Translations under genes and position numbers: made by a program | The notes under the pieces: model-generated | Databases searched by the model: none | The model's input: only the letters and a program-made list of their open reading frames with translations | Told to the model about the DNA's origin: nothing | From: an uncultured Hormoscilla sp. | GTDB taxonomy: Bacteria > Cyanobacteriota > Cyanobacteriia > Cyanobacteriales > Desertifilaceae | Direction: 5' to 3' | Length of the DNA stretch: 64,000 bases | Assembly: GCA_963921275.4 (NCBI GenBank) | Contig: OZ001293.3 | Span: 6,432,001 to 6,496,000, forward strand | In this document: in pieces, positions 44,227 through 54,781 of the stretch | Numbering within the stretch: position 1 is the first letter of the stretch | Layout: each line of letters opens with the position of its first letter

Positions 44227-45480
44227 CTAGCCCAGGGGAAGGGCGATCGCAAATTCAGTCCCTTTTCCTAATTCCGAGAAGCACTGCAATTTGCCTCCGT
44301 GTTTGTTAACAACGATTTGATAGCTAGTAGTTAAACCCAAGCCCTTGCCAGAACCCACAGGTTTAGTAGTAAAGAAGGGGTCAAAAATCCGGTTGATATT
44401 AGCTGGAGCGATTCCCGTGCCATTATCGGATATTTTAATGGCTACCCTCTGGTTATCCACCAGGGTGCGAATAGTGATGCAACCGTCGTACAGGAACTGG
44501 TCCTTTCCCTGATGCATGCGCTCCGCTAAAGTGCAGCGAGACTCAATCGCGTCGATCGCATTATTTAAAATGTTCATAAAAACCTGATTCAATTGTCCCG
44601 GATAACATGCCACCTTGGGCAAGTTGCTATATTCCTTAATGACTTGAATATTTCCCAGTCGGTGATGTAAAATTAACAGAGTACTTTCTATGCCTTCATG
44701 TATATCTACAGCCTTCATCCCCGTTTCGTCCAGACGAGAAAAGTTCCGCAGGGACAGAACAATCTCACTAATCCGCTCAGCACCGGTTGTCATTGAATCC
44801 AATACTTCCGGTAAATCTTCGATCAAAAAGTCTAATTCAATTGCCTCCGCTTTGGTGGAAATATCTTCTAGATCGGACTGCTGTCGATAGAGGAGGGCAA
44901 ATTAGATCAGGTCTTGGACGTAACTGCTAGCATAGGTAAGATTGCTGTAGATAAAAGTGATCGGGTTGTTGATTTCATGAGCGATGCCAGCTACCAGTTT
45001 TCCCAAAGATGACATTTTTTCTGAGTGAATTAGTTGGGTCTGAGTTTCTTGCAGTTCTTGCAAAGTTTTGCTCAGCTGCTGATTGGCTTGAGTTAATGCC
45101 CTCTGTGACTGATATAATCGTAATCCAGCACGCACTCGCGCTAGCAGTTCCGAAGGGTCAACGGGTTTGGACAGAAAGTCGTCCGCACCCGCATCCAGTC
45201 CTTGCACCCGATCGGCCAGTTCTGCCTTACAAGTAAGCAGAATAAAGAAGGTGCTAGCTAACTCCCGGTCGGTCTTTACCCTCTGACAAACCTCTAGTCC
45301 ATCCACGTTCGGCATCATCCAGTCACAAATAATCAATGCTGGACGTATATGTCTAGCCAAGACCAGCCCTTCTAAGCCATTTTTGGCCAGCGCGACTTCG
45401 TGTCCTTCAAGCTTCAGGTCTCTTTTGAGCAGTAACCGAGTTGCACCATGATCGTCTATCACCAGAATTTTTGACATCAT
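44227..45480 (-). pseudogene. Receiver-histidine kinase hybrid with one in-frame stop
   Basis: REC and H-box, TAA at 44902-44904, then the same frame continues into the HATPase domain. Confidence 0.88.
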
Positions 45481-45499
45481 AAGTGGAGATAGTAAGTTT

Positions 45500-45925
45500 C
45501 CTAATCTAAAATCCTTGCATCGGTGTTACATGTTTGCCATGAAAGCTTTCATCTGAGCGATAATTTCCTCTAACTGAGAGATTAACTTGGCGGCTTAATC
45601 AAGTTGGTCGGACTCTGCCAGTTGCTCGATCCTCCCTGCTAACTCTGGTATAAATCGCACTCCTACGGTGCTAGCACCTCCTTTCAGACAATGAGCGATC
45701 GGTGTCTCCTGGGTAGTGCTTCTAGGGGTCGGGAGACACCGACTGAGCTAGGGTGACTGAATTTTTGGTAGCAAGAGCTGTCTTTGCCTCTGTTAATTGA
45801 GTTTCGGCATCGGACACGAAGACTGGCAATAATTATAACTTAAACTCTGCGTCTCCTCTGGCGATAAAGTCCAGGCGATCGCCATCTACTGGAGATTCCT
45901 GATTGGTGACTAGTGCTTGGGTACT
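45500..45925 (-). pseudogene. Decayed duplicate of the HPt domain of the adjacent kinase
   Basis: 45841-45921 is nearly identical to 46261-46341; HCLKGGA motif. Confidence 0.75.
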
Positions 45926-45958
45926 GGTGCATCGAGCCGGAGGTGCAATAGCCCCACC

Positions 45959-48175
45959 CTAAAGGGTGAGGGTTGCGATCGCCTCTTGAGAAAGTTGTTG
46001 TATATATGCTTTCACCCGCGACAAGCTCTGCTCTATTTGTGCGATTAAATCTGCTGCACCCTGGAGTTGGTTTTCTTTCCCTTGAGCCTCCAGTTGAGCC
46101 GCCACCTCTGGGATAAATTTTACTGCTATTGTAGCAGCACCTCCTTTCAGGCGGTGCGCAAGAGAGACGATCGCCCCGGCATCTAAGGCAAGCAAAGCTG
46201 TTTGTAATTCCCCTAAGTCTGTTTCGGCATCTGACACAAATATCTGCAATAGTTCCAACTTAAACTCCTCGTCTCCTCTGGCGATAAGGTCCAGGCGATC
46301 GCCATCTACTGGAGATTCCTGATTGGTGACTGGTGCTTGGGAACCCGAAGCTGCAAGTGCGATCGCCTCCTGTTGAAGTTCGAGATTTTCTTTTGACCAT
46401 CGAGAAATAACGGCGGACAAATCTGCCATCGATACTGGTTTACTGAGGTAGTCATCCATGCCAGCTGCGAGGCATTTTTCCCGATCGCCCTTCATCGCAT
46501 TTGCCGTCAGGCCAATCACCACCGTATGACGTTCATCACCTTCGCGTTCCCGCAGCAAGCGCGTTGCCTGGTAACCGTCCAACACTGGCATCTGACAATC
46601 CATCAACAGAATTTGATACCATTCTTGCTCGATTTTGTCAATAAATTCTTGACCATTATTTACGCAATCAGCCTCGACACCCAGTTGTCGCAACTGATTG
46701 AGTACCACCTTTTGGTTGATGGGGGTATCTTCCACTAAGAGGATTTTAACAGCATCGTTTGTAGTAAACACTTTAGTGTTTCTACCCTCGGAAGCCCTGA
46801 AGTGCGCTGACGATTGCGCTGCGCGCACAGGGCTACGCCTACGCGAACGAACAACCGATTTGCTGACCAGGGAACTCACCAAACAATCGTACAGCGACGA
46901 TTCCTTGATGGGCTTGAGTAAATAGCCTGCAAACCCGCTTTCCCGCACGCGGTCGGCGATGTCCCCCCCATGGAGAGAAGTCAGCAGAATTAACTTCGTC
47001 TGGGCCAAAGCAGGTTCGTTTCCGATTAACTGCCTCAGCATTTCGCCGTTCATTCGGTGTCCCCGGGGAACGCTAATCGCACAAAAGGGGGGACACCGCT
47101 GCGGCATTTGCATGTCCAGTAGCGCCACCTCGTAAGGTTTGCCTTCCGAAGCTGCCTCCCGTAAAGCAGTGAGGGCGTGAGGGCCGTCTTCTGCTTCTGC
47201 AACGAACATACCCCAACTCCTGGCGAACATAGAGACCACCTTGCGATTAGTGGCATTATCGTCCACTACCAACAGCTTTTTCCCTGTGATGACTTCTGTG
47301 GAAAGATCCCTCGTCCTTTCGGACAGGGGCATGCCACATTCAGCGGCGATCGTAAACCAGAAGGTGGAACCAACCCCTTCTTCACTTTCTACGCCAATTT
47401 CCCCGCCCATCAGGGTTACCAGTTGCTTGCAAATAGCCAGGCCTAAACCCGTCCCCCCATACTTGCGGGTAGTGGAGGCGTCTACTTGAGAGAAAGATTT
47501 GAACAACTTTGGCTGAGCTGCTTTGGGAATGCCAATTCCTGTATCCCGGACGCTAAACCGAAGATGGCATTGGTTGGAGTTGACATTCCCCGTATCCACC
47601 TTGACGTGGATGACAATTTCTCCAGTTTCGGTGAATTTGAGGGCGTTGCCGATCAAATTAGTGAGCACCTGGCGCAGGCGAGTGGCATCAGCTTTGAGGA
47701 AACGCGGCACTTCTGGTTCGACTACCCCAGCTAATTCCAGACCTTTGGCAGCGGTTTGGGGCGCAAACAAATCCAGCAGGTTTTCCACTAGCTTTTTGAG
47801 GTCGAAATCATGGGCATCCAGCCGCATTTCCTCAGCTTCCAGTTTAGAAAAGTCGAGAATGTCGTTAATAATCAACAGCAGGTTCTCGCCACTGCTATGA
47901 ATAGTTTCCACAAAATCCCGTTGTTGCTGATTGAGGGGCGTTTTCAAGAGCAAATCCGTCATTCCCAGCACGCCGTTCATGGGGGTGCGGATTTCGTGGC
48001 TCATGTTGGCGAGGAATTGCGATTTGAGGCGGGCGGTTTCTAGGGCGGCTTCCCGTGCTTTTACCAATTCGTTGATGATGTCGGTTACCATGATGATGCC
48101 GCCGATCGTGCCATCGGGTTCGTACCAAGGTTGAATTGCCCAGCGGAGATATATTTGACTGCCATCGTCGCGCTG
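45959..48175 (-). pseudogene. Hybrid histidine kinase (HisKA-HATPase-REC-REC-HPt) missing its N-terminal sensor region
   Basis: FLANMSHEIRTPMNG, GGTGLGL, two receivers, HRLKGGA; starts abruptly inside a PAS/PAC motif. Confidence 0.8.
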
Positions 48176-48520
48176 ATGGATGACAGCAATGATGTCGGCG
48201 TCGATCTCTCTAGCGAAACAGATCTCAACTGGCAAATTGGCGATACTGGCGACTTCAACAGCGATGGCAACACTGATATTCTCTGGCGCAATTATGCTAC
48301 TGACGCGAATAAGGTGCAGCTGATGAATGGCACTACTGAGGGTAATGAAGTCTCTCTGGAAAGTTTGGCTGACAGTAATTAGCGCATGAGTGGCACGGGA
48401 GACTATAACAACGATGGTAATATCGACATCTTGTGGCGCAACTATGCGACTGGGGAGAATAAATTCTGGCTGATGAATGGCACCAGCAAGGACTCCGAGG
48501 TCGATCTGTTGACTGTCTCT
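48175..48520 (+). pseudogene. FG-GAP/VCBS repeat protein fragment
   Basis: TGDFNSDGNTDILWRNYAT and GDYNNDGNIDILWRNYAT, with a stop between them. Confidence 0.75.
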
Positions 48521-49088
48521 TTGATTATACGATCGAGCTTACACCCGGCCTGGATACTGTAGTCAGCACTGCTGCAGTTGGCTGGGTTGCCTAAAGTTAG
48601 GTTTGTAGTAAGCACGCTTCGTGCTTACTAGGCGTGAAAGCGCCTAGAGAGTCGGTCCAGTTTTCTCGTTCCCACTGGCAACCCCGGGGAACGAGGGTTT
48701 GGAAACTCTGCCTCCCTTGACAAATAAAGTTTTGGCCTAATTTGACTGCCGGTGAACAGGAGGAGATTGTCTGTAGCTTCCTCTCATATCATGTCTGATT
48801 AAATGCCCTAACATAAAAATTGCATTAGCTGTAAGTTTGGTTGAGGCCCCTTACCCAACTGAGTTTTGCGTTACACTCTATATGGTAAAAATCAGAGGTT
48901 CTTAATTGTGGGTAATCGCCCCTACTTTCTATCATAATGGAGATAGGTTTGAAGGGGGGGCATAATCGACGGTTGTCGATCGGGTCATTACTAAATGTGG
49001 AACAATGGTGTGAATAATTTCTTGGCAAGGCCACGAAATCGCAAGCATCAAAAAGATGAAATGTGAATGAATACATAGGAATAATGCG

Positions 49089-49345
49089 ATGTATGCGATT
49101 GATTTTGAAGCTACTATTGAAAATGGAATGATTCCGATTACGCAACAAAATTTGGCGCAATTACAGCCACAGATGAAAGTCGTTGCAATAAAAATCAGAG
49201 GAGAAACAAGAGGCTCTCAAGCAAAAGGATGAATTTTTAACCGAGGTAGCGCAGCATCATTTCGATCTGCCGCCAGACTATCACTTTAAGCGGGAATAAC
49301 TTTATGACAGAATCTAAATGTTTCTTTGATACCACACTGTATTCG
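49089..49345 (+). pseudogene. Antitoxin / PIN toxin remnants
   Basis: MYAIDFEATIENGMIPI.. frameshifted, then MTESKCFFDT. Confidence 0.5.
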
Positions 49346-49539
49346 TAAGATTTGCAGCACAACCAGTTAATCAAAGATGCCTTGACAATTCTGAACTCGT
49401 TTCTTATGAATAAATGCAGGTTTTCTCAGAACCGTCTGAGTTCATTCCAAAGTTTTTCTCGTTTCTCGTTCCCTGGCTCCGCCAGGGAACGAGGGTTTGG
49501 AGGCTCTGCCTCCCTCGGGACTTGTGGGCGGTCATTGCA

Positions 49540-50048
49540 TTGGCGTTAACCCCTATATCTCACTGCTAAGGCAGAGGAAATCGGTTATCATCCCCAAGTA
49601 ATTTTGGCAGGACGCCATGTTAATGACGGAATGGGGGCTTATTTGGGCGATCGCTTGATCAAACTGATCGCGACTCATGGAGATGTTCCCATTAAAAAAG
49701 CCCGGGTAGGAATTTTGGGTATAACATTTAAAGAAAATGTCCCAGATACCCGTAACAGCCGCGTGCCGGATATTGTCAATGCCCTGCAAGAGTTCGGCAT
49801 TACCCTCTTAGTTCACGACCCCTTGGCTAATGCCGAAGAAGTCAAGCCTCAATATGGAATTGTGCTGACTAATTGGCAGCAATTCTTTGATTTAGATGCT
49901 ATGGTATTGGCAGTGAGACATCGCCACTATCTAGAAATGCCCACCTGATAAGTTGCTCGGCTGTCTGCATCCTGAGGGTATTTTTATGGATGTCAAATCT
50001 GCCTTTAACCCGGATACCATTCCCCCTCACATCACTTACTGGAGTCTT
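49540..50048 (+). pseudogene. Nucleotide-sugar dehydrogenase C-terminal fragment
   Basis: YHPQVILAGR..GILGITFKENVPDTRNS; N-terminal part missing. Confidence 0.8.
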
Positions 50049-50056
50049 TAGCTTTC

Positions 50057-50179
50057 GTAGGGTGGGCACCGCCCACCACGGAAGCGCTAAAGCGCTTACT
50101 ACGAACTGTAGGGTGGGCACCGCCCACCACGGAAGCGCTAAAGCGCTTACTACGAACTATAGGTGGGCACCGCCCACCA
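50057..50179. repeat. 51-bp tandem duplication of compound REP-like units
   Basis: GTAGGGTGGGCACCGCCCACC..AAGCGCTAAAGCGCTTACTACGAACT, about 2.4 copies. Confidence 0.85.
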
Positions 50180-50500
50180 GACCCGCTATCAAGTATAATA
50201 TAATATAGGTGACGAGCGCGGACTCTCGGTTCGTAAAACATGAGGACTAATACCATTTTGTCAAAACAATGCTACAATTAATTTTAGCGTTATGGTATTA
50301 GTCGGTTTTAACCGACTTTAGCCTCTAGCATTTGGGTTTGAACCCTCGCTATCTCCTGGGTAGTGCGAGTACGATGTCCCCTATGCATGTGCGACTAGCG
50401 CTCCCCGGGGACATCTCCCGACCACGAGATAGCGAAGGCGGGCTGACAGCGAAGGGACCAAAGTCCTCACTACAAACCTTATTTTCAAATTCGATCGACA

Positions 50501-51505
50501 ATGGGAAGTATATTAGTCACTGGAGCCGCTGGTTTTATTGGTTTCCACCTCTGTCAACATCTCCTGACAAGGGGGGAATCTGTTATTGGCATTGATAATC
50601 TCAACGACTATTACGATGTTAGCTTAAAACAAGATCGGTTAAAACAGCTGCAACAACACCAGCAATTTCAGTTCGCTAAGCTGGATCTAGCCGATCGCCA
50701 GGCCATCCCAGAATTGTTCGATCGCCATCAACCAGAGAAAGTCGCTCATTTAGCAGCCCAAGCAGGGGTGCGCTATTCTCTGAAAAATCCCCACGCCTAT
50801 GTGGATAGCAACTTGGTGGGATTTGTGAATATTCTGGAAGAATGTCGTCATGGGGGAGTCAAGCATCTGGTATTTGCTTCCTCTAGCTCTGTTTATGGCG
50901 TGAATAGTAAAACACCTTTTTCTGTCCATGATAATGTCGATCGCCCGGTGAGCCTATATGCAGCGACGAAAAAGGCCAACGAACTAATGGCGCACACCTA
51001 CAGCCATCTCTATGGTTTGCCAACCACGGGTTTGCGTTTCTTCACGGTTTACGGACCTTGGGGACGCCCGGACATGGCCCTATTCTTGTTCACCAAAGCC
51101 ATTCTAGCTGGAGAACCCATTAACGTGTTTAATCACGGCAAGATGCAACGGGACTTTACCTACATTGATGATATCATTACGGGAGTAGTGTGCGTACTAG
51201 ACAAGGTTCCCGAACCCGATCCTAACTGGTCTGACTCCGACCCGGGAAGCAGTCACGCCCCTTATAAACTGTACAATATTGGCAACAATCAGCCCGTGGA
51301 ATTGCTCAGGTTTATTGAAGTCCTAGAAGCATGTCTGGGTATGAAGGCGCAAAAGCATATGCTCCCGATGCAGCCTGGGGATGTTCCCATCACTTACGCG
51401 GATATCGAGGATTTGGAAAAGGCGGTGGGTTTTCGACCCAGCACTCCCATTGAGGTAGGAGTTGAGCGTTTTGTTGCTTGGTATCGCAACTATTTCCAAG
51501 TTTAG
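50501..51505 (+). CDS. NAD-dependent epimerase (UDP-glucuronate 4-epimerase type)
   Basis: TGAAGFIG, AAQAGVRYS, YAATKK, YGPWGRPDMA. Confidence 0.93.
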   Translation: MGSILVTGAAGFIGFHLCQHLLTRGESVIGIDNLNDYYDVSLKQDRLKQLQQHQQFQFAKLDLADRQAIPELFDRHQPEKVAHLAAQAGVRYSLKNPHAYVDSNLVGFVNILEECRHGGVKHLVFASSSSVYGVNSKTPFSVHDNVDRPVSLYAATKKANELMAHTYSHLYGLPTTGLRFFTVYGPWGRPDMALFLFTKAILAGEPINVFNHGKMQRDFTYIDDIITGVVCVLDKVPEPDPNWSDSDPGSSHAPYKLYNIGNNQPVELLRFIEVLEACLGMKAQKHMLPMQPGDVPITYADIEDLEKAVGFRPSTPIEVGVERFVAWYRNYFQV

Positions 51506-51551
51506 GTAGGATGCGTGACAGCTATCATATGGGTACTGCTAAGTCACGCAA

Positions 51552-52166
51552 CTACTCTCCAGTTAAAATAGCAACCAATATGCGCATCAACTCTTGCAAG
51601 TCGGCGGGAACGCGATATAAGTTCAAGTCTTGAGTAATTTGCTTTTCCAGACGTGACAGCACCGAAAACTGCCAAATTTTACCAATGGAAACTGCTTCAT
51701 ACAACGGATTTTCCCCTTCTTCTGCTAGAGTGCGATCGACTGCAATTAATTCCACTGCCAACTGCTTAAAGCCCCGTTCTAGGTTTTCATCTTTTGCTGC
51801 AATCACCAATAACTGATTTCCTGCTTGCAAAAAGTAATCCAGATAACCTTTCAGTTGAGGTTCTACTTCCAGTGGATAGGAAACTTTTAATTTCGCTTCT
51901 GTATAGTCGATCAAGTACATTAAAACAGGCGCAATCAAAAACTCCCGTCTCGCCATCTCATTATCGATCGTGATATAAGGAAGGCTTCTTCTCAGCCGCT
52001 GTTCCCGAGATGACAAACCTTCAAGTTGTTGTTGGGATTACGGTAAAACTAGCTCTTTCGATGTAAATCCATAACCGAAATACTCTAAGATATCCTCGGG
52101 ATAGTAGTTCCATTTGAAATAATCAGAAAAATTACATGATTCGGGAAGTTCTATCTTTTTACTCAT
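51552..52166 (-). pseudogene. Conserved hypothetical protein with a disrupted 5' part
   Basis: MSKKIELP..FSDYF start at 52166 is stopped near 52040; NEMARREFLIAPVL follows. Confidence 0.6.
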
Positions 52167-52661
52167 TGTCCAACCTCACTAAGCAAAATATAGCCCGCGC
52201 AGGCGGGCTTTGTTTGTCTGGCCCCACCCCTCGTTCCCACGGCTCTGCCTGGGAACGGGTTCCGGCGGTGGTGGCGACGCAAAAGTGAGATGCGCCCCCA
52301 CAACTCCTCCAAGGGTAATAGGAAAAGAGGGCTACCGGTTCTGAAGGGGAAGTCTGACTATAACCGGTGGTGACGAGCGCTCCCGGTTACAGGGTTACAG
52401 GGAGTCTGGGGGTCGTCTCGATGTCTCCTGTGTGCCGTTCCCGTAGGGTGGCGCAGCCATGTCCCCTGGGACAAGAGCTCTGGCAGAGATATCGAAGTCG
52501 GATTAGGCAAACAACAGTCGTATAATTGCGTTACATAACTTAACAATAATTAATATAGCAAGGGTAAAGGTTCGGTTATATTTAGTGGTTGAGAAAGAAC
52601 GAGAAAAAATTTCCTCGGTGCGATCGCCCTTATCGGTGCGATCGCCCATTCATTCTTTAGG

Positions 52662-53020
52662 CTACATACCAATATGCTTGACTAAGGCGGCTGTCTGCTG
52701 TAGGGGAACCAGGCTATTAGCACAGAAAATGCCGGATGCGGCCACAGCGGGGACGCCAATGCCGGGCATGGTGCTGTCGCCGACGCGGTATAACCCAGGG
52801 ATGGGCGTTCGATGCGCGAGGGGTAGTGCGAGTAGCGCACCCCGAGTGCATCGAAGCGGTCCGGGAAACATGCCTTGACTGGCTTGACGGGAGAAGCTGT
52901 GGGCCGCACCCTCAGCAATACTGTGGCTTTCGCATACTAGGACATCTTTACCATAGCGGGCCAGGAGGCTTGCTGCCACTAACCCCCAATGCCGCTACCA
53001 ATGACGATCGCGTCTGGCAT
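52662..53020 (-). pseudogene. Phytoene desaturase / CrtISO-like FAD oxidoreductase, almost entirely deleted
   Basis: N-terminal IVIGSGIGG (frameshifted) joined to C-terminal GLYRVGDSTMPGIGVPAVAASG. Confidence 0.8.
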
Positions 53021-53080
53021 AGTTCTTTGGTCATCTACATTAGAGATAATATAACATAATGGACTGACGGTAGGGTACTA

Positions 53081-53951
53081 GGGCGTGTCATCAGTTAAGC
53101 CAGACGACAGAAGCAGCCAGATAAATCGCCCCTAAAAAGTTACGGGCTGTTTTATCATAACGGGTAGCAATAGCGCGATACTGCTTGAGTTTGGCAAAAA
53201 AGTTTTCAATTAGATGGCGAGCCTTGTAGAGGTGCTTGTCATAAGGATAAGGAACTTGGCGATTCACCTTGGAGGGAATGACCGCTGTGCAACTTTGAGC
53301 TTGGAGTTTTTGACGGACCCGCTCATCAGCATCATAAGCTTTATCTGCCAGGATTGCCTCAGCTTCAAGGTTTTCAAGGAGGACATCTGCGCCATCTTGA
53401 TCGTGGGCTTGTCCTCCCGTCAAAAAGAAGCCTGTGGGATTCCCCAGAGCGTCACAAGTGGCATGAATCTTTGTACTTAATCCTCCTCGACTTCTACCAA
53501 TGGCTTGAGCGTTACTCTCTCCACTCATTGTCCTCTCTGTCCTCCCCGGAATCTTTTTTTGCGCCCCAGCACTGTGTTGATGCGCTCGCACGATTGTCGA
53601 ATCAATCATCCCATACTCGTTATCTGCGTCTTGCGCCAACAGCTTGAATATCCTTTCCCACACTCCACTTTTATTCCATCGGCTAAATCTTGTATGTACT
53701 ACTCGAAAATCTCCAAACCTTTCAGGTAGGTCTCTCCACGGGATTCCCGCTCTATATCGATACAACACTGCTTCAACAAACAGTCGATTATTTTTGGCCG
53801 TTCCTCCTACATGGCCGTCTCTCCCAGGTAGCAAATCCTTGATTTTTTCCCACTGGTCATCTCTAAGTGCATATCTACGCATTTTTCTCTGTGTTTCTCT
53901 CTCTTCGGTTTATCTATTCTATCCTTTCTTTCTCTAACTGATGACACGCCC
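53081..53951 (-). mobile_element. IS5-family insertion sequence (871 bp) with a TA target duplication
   Basis: Terminal inverted repeats GGGCGTGTCATCAGTTA / TAACTGATGACACGCCC, flanked by TA on both sides. Confidence 0.95.
53091..53882 (-). CDS. IS5-family DDE transposase
   Basis: IDST, ADKAYD, YKARHLIENFFAKLK. Confidence 0.93.
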   Translation of the reverse strand: MRRYALRDDQWEKIKDLLPGRDGHVGGTAKNNRLFVEAVLYRYRAGIPWRDLPERFGDFRVVHTRFSRWNKSGVWERIFKLLAQDADNEYGMIDSTIVRAHQHSAGAQKKIPGRTERTMSGESNAQAIGRSRGGLSTKIHATCDALGNPTGFFLTGGQAHDQDGADVLLENLEAEAILADKAYDADERVRQKLQAQSCTAVIPSKVNRQVPYPYDKHLYKARHLIENFFAKLKQYRAIATRYDKTARNFLGAIYLAASVVWLN

Positions 53952-54349
53952 TAATACTCTTTTATGTCATTGTCATTGGTCATTGTCATTGCTTCGATAT
54001 CCCCCAGAGGGGACGCGCCACTCGCACTACCCCAGAGATATCGAGGGGGGGGTTCAGAGAGATTAGCTTGTGCTGTATATGAGTTGCCCCCCCGAAGCAA
54101 TCTCCTATCTTGCTGTCCAGGGGAGATTGCTAGCGCGACGGCGTCGCACGCTATTAGAGATAATATAACATAATGGACTGACGGTAGGGTACTAATACTC
54201 TTTTATGTCATTGTCATTGGTCATTGTCATTGCTTCGATATCCCCCAGAGGGGACGCGCTACTCGCACTACCCCAGAGATATCGAGGGGGGGGTTCAGAG
54301 AGATTAGCTTGTGCTGTATATGAGTTGCCCCCCCGAAGCAATCTCCTAT

Positions 54350-54645
54350 CTTGCTGTCCAGGGGAGATTGCTTCGGGGGGTCTAGGGTTGGTGTTCCTGA
54401 CAATTGCGGTTTAAACTCCCCCCCTCGCTTCGGACACCTGGACGTCAGTTCTTGCTGTCCAGGTGTCATTACTTCGGGGGGGTCTAGGGTTGGTGTTCCT
54501 GACAATTGCGGTTTAAACTCCCCCCCTAGCTTCGGACACCTGGACGTCAGTTCTTGCTGTCCAGGGGAGATTGCTTCGGGGGAGTCTAGCGTTGGTGTTC
54601 CTGACAATTGCGGTTTGGGATCCCCCCCTCGCTTCGGACACGTGG
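54350..54645. repeat. About three tandem copies of a 102-bp unit
   Basis: GTGTTCCTGACAATTGCGG at 54391, 54493 and 54595. Confidence 0.9.
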
Positions 54646-54781
54646 GCGTAAGATTGACTTGATAAATCAGTAATAATTGTGATAATATCTTTTCATCCAG
54701 CTGACTGGTGGTTCACCGGCAAGAGTTGGGGAATGGGGTGCCAGCCTATTGATTTTGTTTCCATTGTCGCCAAAACTACTA

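Noticed and set aside
50057..50179. Possible CRISPR array (also considered for the 21-bp and 102-bp arrays and 6407-6512)
   Set aside because: The tandem arrays have no unique spacers, 6407-6512 has only two copies, and there are no cas genes in the window.
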